Source of the DNA: Candidatus Bathyarchaeota archaeon
GTDB lineage: Archaea; Thermoproteota; Bathyarchaeia; Bathyarchaeales; Bathycorpusculaceae
NCBI GenBank assembly: GCA_963767735.1
Contig: CAVYES010000004.1
Span: 96,001-160,000, forward strand
Direction of reading: 5' to 3'
DNA: 64,000 nucleotides
In this document: positions 58,762-64,000 of the stretch, piece by piece
How the letters are laid out: every line of letters begins with the position of its first letter
Position numbering within the stretch: the stretch's first letter is position 1
Made by a program: the position numbers and the translations under genes
Notes under the pieces: model-generated
What the model was told of the DNA's origin: nothing
The model's database searches: none
What the model saw: only the letters and a program-made list of their open reading frames with translations

Positions 58762-58881
58762 CTAAGCTATTTTCGTTACTCTGTGTTCTACTAGAACCTG
58801 GGAACCGTTTTTGTAAGTCACAGTCCAAGATGTAAATCGAGTTTTAAATTTCTGGTTTGCCGCCCTTTTTTGTTCTGCCAT
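58762..58881 (-). CDS. Possible 39-aa viral protein
   Basis: AGGTGA RBS; MAEQKRAANQKFKTRFTSWTVTYKNGSQVLVEHRVTKIA*. Confidence 0.45.
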   Translation of the reverse strand: MAEQKRAANQKFKTRFTSWTVTYKNGSQVLVEHRVTKIA

Positions 58882-58894
58882 TTATTTCACCTGC

Positions 58895-59335
58895 CTATTG
58901 AGTTGAAATGCTGAAGTACACGGCGTCAACGTTGATCATGACGCGGGTTACTTCGGTTGCGTTACTGTGAATTGGTTCTCCGGTTACTGCATAGTTTGGG
59001 TCTTGCAAGTGGATAATGCGGGTAACTTCAGCCTGCAATGCTTCTAAAGTGGATTCTGCAGTCGCTAAATCAGCTGTGCTTTGGCTTGCGTTAATAACCA
59101 TTATGTCGACGACAAGTTTTTCAGTAACCAGGTAGCATTCACGGCTAAGCGCATCAACTTGTTTGTTGGGGCTCGCATTATAGACGGCTATTTGCAGCGG
59201 TCCTTTTCCCTGAGTAATCCCAATCACATCCATACGCGTTATAGGCCACAAAATATTTGCGGCAGCCACCGGACTTGATAGCCCCCAATTCTCCTGCAGC
59301 AACTCCGAAACTGCATTAGCCTGATTAACTGACAT
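58895..59335 (-). CDS. Putative tail terminator / neck protein
   Basis: Position and size. Confidence 0.55.
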   Translation of the reverse strand: MSVNQANAVSELLQENWGLSSPVAAANILWPITRMDVIGITQGKGPLQIAVYNASPNKQVDALSRECYLVTEKLVVDIMVINASQSTADLATAESTLEALQAEVTRIIHLQDPNYAVTGEPIHSNATEVTRVMINVDAVYFSISTQ

Positions 59336-59349
59336 AACGTTAAACTCCC

Positions 59350-59832
59350 CTATTGAAAGAAATAAGGCCCGCGACCTGGAACCCTAAACCCAAGAGTAGC
59401 TTTAGCTCCTGCAGCAACAGTTGATAGATTTACTATGTTATGGTTAAAACTGGTTTGGTAACTCTGCACTGCCTCTTGCAAAGCAAACTTTTCAATTGTG
59501 CCCTTCGTAACGAAAAGATCGCCTAACTTATAATCAGTTGCTCCAAGCATTATCCCGCCACTAGCAGCTACCAAAATATCAATACAAGCTAAATCTGTAG
59601 CCGCTAACTCAGCTGCAGGTTCACGAGGATCTAAACAACCAGGACCACTCAAAGAGGGCACAAGGCTAAAAATGTACTTATTAGCATGATCAATCTGACT
59701 CTGTAAGCAACTTTCAGAAATAGTTAAGCCAAAAATGGTACAATTGCCATTATCGTCAGGGCCAGTAATATTTAGATGGCTTACAACTTCACTTAGCGTA
59801 GTGAAAGCAGGAGTAAAAGGAACCCAACTCAT
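59350..59832 (-). CDS. Putative head-tail connector (adaptor)
   Basis: FTTLSEV..HL, I.HA..YI and YKLGDL.V patterns typical of gp6/gp15-like adaptors. Confidence 0.65.
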   Translation of the reverse strand: MSWVPFTPAFTTLSEVVSHLNITGPDDNGNCTIFGLTISESCLQSQIDHANKYIFSLVPSLSGPGCLDPREPAAELAATDLACIDILVAASGGIMLGATDYKLGDLFVTKGTIEKFALQEAVQSYQTSFNHNIVNLSTVAAGAKATLGFRVPGRGPYFFQ

Positions 59833-59903
59833 ATTTTCAAATCACCTTAAATAATTTGCACCGGAAAAAACTATTGTGCTTAGTTAAGATTTGTTTTTTC
59901 AAA

Positions 59904-61640
59904 TTACGGTTGATATGTAGCAATGTAAGTATAAGTTCCGACTGCTCCGTTTGCCGTGAATCCTGTAGTTGAAATCGAAGAGGGATAATATGCTGTTGTA
60001 GTGCTGAAGTCTGGAGTTAATGAAATAAGAGGTGTTCCCGCCATTGCCGTTCCGAAAGTCGCAGTTGCTGTTGACCCAGAGCTAATTGTTACCGTTCCGG
60101 ATTCCTGTGTGACAAAGCCGCCAATTCCGCTAAAACTTTCTGTTGCTTCATGCGATCCTGAATAGACGCCTGATAAACCAGGGTACATCATGCCGCCTGT
60201 TACGGTTAAATATGTACCGCCATTAGTTTGCAAAGCATAACTGGCTTGTTCTCCTGAAACCCAACCTAACGTATTCGCGTTTACCTGCAAGTTGCTTCCC
60301 CATTGAAGTTCAACTTCTGCATATGTTCCTGAACTTGCTTGGCTATTTTGATAAATGTCGTTGCAATCAATAATTTCTTGATTTCCGTTTGTTAAAATGC
60401 CATATAACCCATTCTGTTTTATTGGGTCATTATTGGCAACTGTAACAAAAGTAGCGGCAGTAGCGTTAATCCCGCAGCCGCCGTTTAAGGTAATTGCATG
60501 GTTAAGTGTAATTATCGCATTTGCCATGCCATTTCCCGAAGCATCTAATTGAATGCCATCTCCATTGTTACTCTCAAACCACGAAAGAGTAATAGTTGAG
60601 TAATATTGATTTCCGCTGCTATCTCCTGAAAAGCATAATCCGTTATTGTAAGCTCCATACGCGCACACATCTAAAAATGTTGTATCGCTAATTTGTCCAT
60701 AAACGTAGATGTCATTGGAGTATTCAGCTGTTTGATGTGCTTTGTTTCCATCAAGAGATATATCCTCGACTCCCGCAAAATGAACAAATGAACCAGTAAC
60801 ATAAGGTGTAACTTCAAACAGGTTGCAGTTTGCGCCGCTTGCTAATGTGATAGTTAGGTGAGAACTTAATCCAGATACGCCTAGACCTTTAGCGTATTCT
60901 CCGCTATAGACGTATAATGTTGATGGTGCTGTATAGTAAGGGTCAACGAAAACAAAGTTGCCGCCAATTTGATAACTCGCTGCTGTTGCAGAGTTAAAGG
61001 TAGTTGCAAGATTGTGGTTTGCGTACCATATTGTTCCGTCTGGCTTCATCGCCATATTAAAAACGTTTGGCAAAACAGTTATTGAATATGTCCCATTCGT
61101 CAGTATTGAGTATAAGCCGCTTTGATAATAGCCGAATTGTGAAGCAAAATCACCGCCTGTAATCTTAGCGCCGTTTCCGACACTTGCGAAATCTAAGCCT
61201 GTTACTAAAGGATCACAGTCAAGCCAACAACCAGCAGGAACAGCTAAAGCATCACCTGTCATAATCATTGGTCCAACGATAATGTGAGAAGGATTTATGG
61301 CAAATACTGAAGAAAAAACTGAAGCCTGATTTGTTGAAGATTTGATAATTGTTCCGTTTGGTGCTTTTGCGTCATATAAACTATTAGTAGCAAACGCTGG
61401 GTCCTTGTAAATTTGCCAAGAAGGCGTTATCTGCTGAGTACTTGAAACATTATTAACAACAAGCGAAACACCAACGAGCGCAACGACAATACTCGCAATT
61501 AAGGCAGCAACAACTGCAGTCTTTTGAGTTGAAGTCATGCCCGTAACAGCTGAAGTTGTTGATGCCGGCGAAGAACCTCCGCCTGGGGGCGGTTGATAAC
61601 CAAAAAAAGGAAGCTTCCTCAAACAACAGAGCCTCCACAA
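59904..61640 (-). CDS. Pectin-lyase-like beta-helix protein with an N-terminal TM helix
   Basis: ISLDGN, NNGDGIQL, NGGCGI and NGLYGI beta-helix repeats; C-terminal SGTVTI...TF..A...TP domain; exact start uncertain. Confidence 0.8.
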   Translation of the reverse strand: MWRLCCLRKLPFFGYQPPPGGGSSPASTTSAVTGMTSTQKTAVVAALIASIVVALVGVSLVVNNVSSTQQITPSWQIYKDPAFATNSLYDAKAPNGTIIKSSTNQASVFSSVFAINPSHIIVGPMIMTGDALAVPAGCWLDCDPLVTGLDFASVGNGAKITGGDFASQFGYYQSGLYSILTNGTYSITVLPNVFNMAMKPDGTIWYANHNLATTFNSATAASYQIGGNFVFVDPYYTAPSTLYVYSGEYAKGLGVSGLSSHLTITLASGANCNLFEVTPYVTGSFVHFAGVEDISLDGNKAHQTAEYSNDIYVYGQISDTTFLDVCAYGAYNNGLCFSGDSSGNQYYSTITLSWFESNNGDGIQLDASGNGMANAIITLNHAITLNGGCGINATAATFVTVANNDPIKQNGLYGILTNGNQEIIDCNDIYQNSQASSGTYAEVELQWGSNLQVNANTLGWVSGEQASYALQTNGGTYLTVTGGMMYPGLSGVYSGSHEATESFSGIGGFVTQESGTVTISSGSTATATFGTAMAGTPLISLTPDFSTTTAYYPSSISTTGFTANGAVGTYTYIATYQP

Positions 61641-61903
61641 TCAACGTGTAAAACTTGGCTGCCACTATTAGCAACAACCCAAATCAAATTTAACTGAGTA
61701 TTAAGCTTCTCTTCAGCAGCGCCGGCAATTAAAGGAAACTTTTGTGCGCTGCTATTTCCAACCTTAATTACATCAGTATTATTTGAGTCAGCAAGTAAGG
61801 TTACAGATGCTCGTTGTAATGTATCGGTACTTATAGCTGCAGGGATTGTAGTTACAGTTACGTCGAAAGATAGACTATCAGGTTGACCTTTAACTCCACT
61901 CAT
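61619..61903 (-). CDS. Small virion-associated beta protein
   Basis: AD.NNTD.I.VG and L.AG motifs; located in the head module. Confidence 0.7.
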   Translation of the reverse strand: MSGVKGQPDSLSFDVTVTTIPAAISTDTLQRASVTLLADSNNTDVIKVGNSSAQKFPLIAGAAEEKLNTQLNLIWVVANSGSQVLHVDCGGSVV

Positions 61904-62017
61904 CTTAAATTCCTCTTAATAGTTTTTTCATTTTATTTTTGTCCGGTTTACCTAATCTAAATTATAATTTCAGTTATTATGAAAACTTAAAAAAAGAAAA
62001 GGAAAATTTTATGCTGT

Positions 62018-62404
62018 TTATGCTGGTGGACCTGCTGCAGGAGGTTGAGCCGTTGGAGTAGCAGATTGAGGAGTAGTATCAGTGGCTGGAGCTTGTGCGG
62101 GCTCTAAATCAGCAAGAACTGCTAATGCAGTATTATACGCTAAGTCACCTGCAGCCCAGCCTGCTAAGAGCGCAGTCACTAAGAAAGCCATAGTTAAACC
62201 TGTAATTGCAGAAGGCAGAGTTATGCTTGTCATGGTCTGAGAAGCGATGTAAAGAACTGCACCTATAGCTATAATCAAAGCAATAAGGTGTGCTTTGTTA
62301 AAGAAATTATAGTTACCAAGTTGCTGTCCTTTACTATACAGCTTCACGAGAGCACCAACAACTATGCAAATATAAACAGCTAATTGAATTATCGATATAT
62401 CCAT
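62018..62404 (-). CDS. Multi-TM protein with a Pro/Ala/Thr-rich tail (holin-like candidate)
   Basis: Three or more hydrophobic helices; GGGGGTGA RBS. Confidence 0.7.
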   Translation of the reverse strand: MDISIIQLAVYICIVVGALVKLYSKGQQLGNYNFFNKAHLIALIIAIGAVLYIASQTMTSITLPSAITGLTMAFLVTALLAGWAAGDLAYNTALAVLADLEPAQAPATDTTPQSATPTAQPPAAGPPA

Positions 62405-62583
62405 ATATTCACCCCCTCTAAAAACCTGTTTTTGCCCGCTTCTCCAAGCTAGAAATCAGAATGCAAAAACTGAATTTCATAAACACTAAAGCGGGCCAAT
62501 GTTTTTAACCTGGCGACGCCGGCTTTACGGTCTCAAACTTAAAAGATTGAGGCAGACAAAAGTATCTAATTTTACTAGTTTGT

Positions 62584-63486
62584 TTAACTTGTTGCGAGAC
62601 CTGTGATTGCGGCTAGGCACTGGGCGTTAGTAACTACTGGGGCATATCTTGTTGTTAGAATTGGCTTCACGACTTCTTTGCTTTTGATCAGTTCTACATC
62701 GGTTGTCAAAGGTCTACGCACTAGGAAATATCCCATTGGTGCGTAAGCAGCTGAAAGGTTCTTGCCTGTAGATATGCAGTATATTGTGCCTGCGGGTACG
62801 ACGTTGCTCCAGCAAAGTTCCCATTCGCCAAGCATCTGAATCGGCTTCTGGGTGATCGGCGATATCTCATCACGGTACAAGCTGTAGTTAGGTAGGTTCT
62901 TGATGTCACGCTTCTGAATCGGATTGCAAAGTATTGTATCCATCAAAAAGTCGCCAGCATTGATCAAAGCCTCAGCAGCGTTGAAGTCTTCCATACCTGC
63001 AGTGTTTGCCGCTGTGAAAACGGTGCCCGTGACGGTTACGGTTTTTCCTGTGCCCGCAAAACTATTAGTGCCCAAAGACGTAATCGCATTGCCAATAACA
63101 GTTATGCAGTCAAGCTCAATCTGGAAGGCTAAACGTCTAGCAAGTCTTTTTAGTTGTTGATTAATCACTGGCAAATCAACGTCTTCCACGACTTCTTTAG
63201 GAATTTCAACAGCTTCGCCGCGTTTGTAGGGGCTAACGGTCGCGTATTTGTATGGTGTGAAATCAACTGGAACCGCAGAGCCTGGAGCAACTTCACTGAT
63301 CCCCACACTATGAGAACCGTTCTCTATTGGGTAAGTCTTCGTTCGCCCACGCTTCAAAACATCATCAGTAAACAAGCGTTTCGCAATTAAGTTTGGCATA
63401 GTCATTTCAATGATAACCTGGTTCAACTCGGGGTATTGAATGGCAGCTGAATCAACAAAAGTTAAAGCATCTTCATTAAAGCTCAT
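62584..63486 (-). CDS. Major capsid protein (HK97-like fold)
   Basis: 300 aa; EVAPGS.VP, K.G....IPKEVVED, LARRLA...E and ILCNP patterns. Confidence 0.88.
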   Translation of the reverse strand: MSFNEDALTFVDSAAIQYPELNQVIIEMTMPNLIAKRLFTDDVLKRGRTKTYPIENGSHSVGISEVAPGSAVPVDFTPYKYATVSPYKRGEAVEIPKEVVEDVDLPVINQQLKRLARRLAFQIELDCITVIGNAITSLGTNSFAGTGKTVTVTGTVFTAANTAGMEDFNAAEALINAGDFLMDTILCNPIQKRDIKNLPNYSLYRDEISPITQKPIQMLGEWELCWSNVVPAGTIYCISTGKNLSAAYAPMGYFLVRRPLTTDVELIKSKEVVKPILTTRYAPVVTNAQCLAAITGLATS

Positions 63487-63543
63487 AGTTCTTTTTTTCC
63501 TCCCTCTTCCTTTTTACTATTTATTTTGGGTTTTTGCTTCGGT

Positions 63544-63999
63544 TTATCCGAATATTATTTGCACCAGCGCATTGTTAGCTCCGCCAACGGCCACAACCCC
63601 TCTCCGACCCATCTGAGCATTAATGGCAGCTATTGTTAACGTCAATGGAAAGCTTGTGTCAAGAGCAGTTAAAGCTGCCAAGTTTGTAATGCCACCGTTT
63701 CCTGAAGTGATTACTTGGCCTGCCGTGAGAGCTCCGCCGGAAGTGTTTTTGCATCGTATCCTATGCCCGAAAACGTAGACGTTTAGCAGCTTATTGCCAA
63801 AACTATCCGTTGGAATAATTGATTGTACAAAGCCAACGAACGCGGGGTTTTCTCCTGTGCATAAGCTAACTGCTGGAGTGAAGCCGTTGTCACTGGAAAT
63901 GTAAACGGGATCGCCTACGGCAGGATTCGTATAGCCTGTGTCTGCGCGGAAAGTCTGCTCGAGATCTGGAATAACCTTAGGCCCGACACCATCAAATGC
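63544..63999 (-). CDS. Capsid decoration/cement protein (DUF2190-like), 5'-partial
   Basis: Open frame ...AVGDPVYIS...FVGFV...GALTAGQVITS...GVVAVGG...VQIIFG*, immediately upstream of MCP. Confidence 0.7.
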   Translation of the reverse strand, partial: AFDGVGPKVIPDLEQTFRADTGYTNPAVGDPVYISSDNGFTPAVSLCTGENPAFVGFVQSIIPTDSFGNKLLNVYVFGHRIRCKNTSGGALTAGQVITSGNGGITNLAALTALDTSFPLTLTIAAINAQMGRRGVVAVGGANNALVQIIFG

Positions 64000-64000
64000 T

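Larger units (their letters stand above)
52564..64000 (-). mobile_element. Provirus: tailed siphovirus-like morphogenesis module (partial, continues beyond the window)
   Basis: Canonical order: decoration - MCP - connector - terminator - gp10-like - tube - chaperone (G/GT frameshift) - tape measure - Dit - hub/LamG; no sheath gene. Confidence 0.88.

Noticed and set aside
52497-61640. Diversity-generating retroelement or contractile tail system
   Set aside because: No reverse transcriptase, no template/variable repeat pair, and no sheath or baseplate wedge genes.

Overview
AT-rich archaeal chromosomal window. The gene content (two large PQQ-repeat surface proteins with C-terminal anchors, several short winged-HTH regulators, TrmB, a DUF1616-like fragment, a NitrOD5/DUF3227-like protein) suggests a Bathyarchaeia-like host; this is inferred, not verified. 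Positions 1-52.5 kb are an accessory mosaic of small regulators, an expanded family of small CxxC/CxC...H-x3-H putative zinc proteins, surface proteins, glycosyltransferase/glycosidase genes, VapBC-type toxin-antitoxin loci and many truncated gene fragments. Many intergenic junctions carry short alternating-CG runs (GCGCGC-like), several directly abutting IS/MITE-like terminal repeats; between 35.6 and 42 kb they divide the DNA into roughly one-gene units. Positions about 52.56-64 kb are the head-tail morphogenesis module of a siphovirus-like provirus (minus strand, continuing past the window end). It has a -1 frameshift site in the tail chaperone, and its left edge is fused to a truncated host epimerase. 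No rRNA, tRNA, CRISPR array or intact integrase/transposase was seen. All family assignments come from visual motif recognition, with no database searches.
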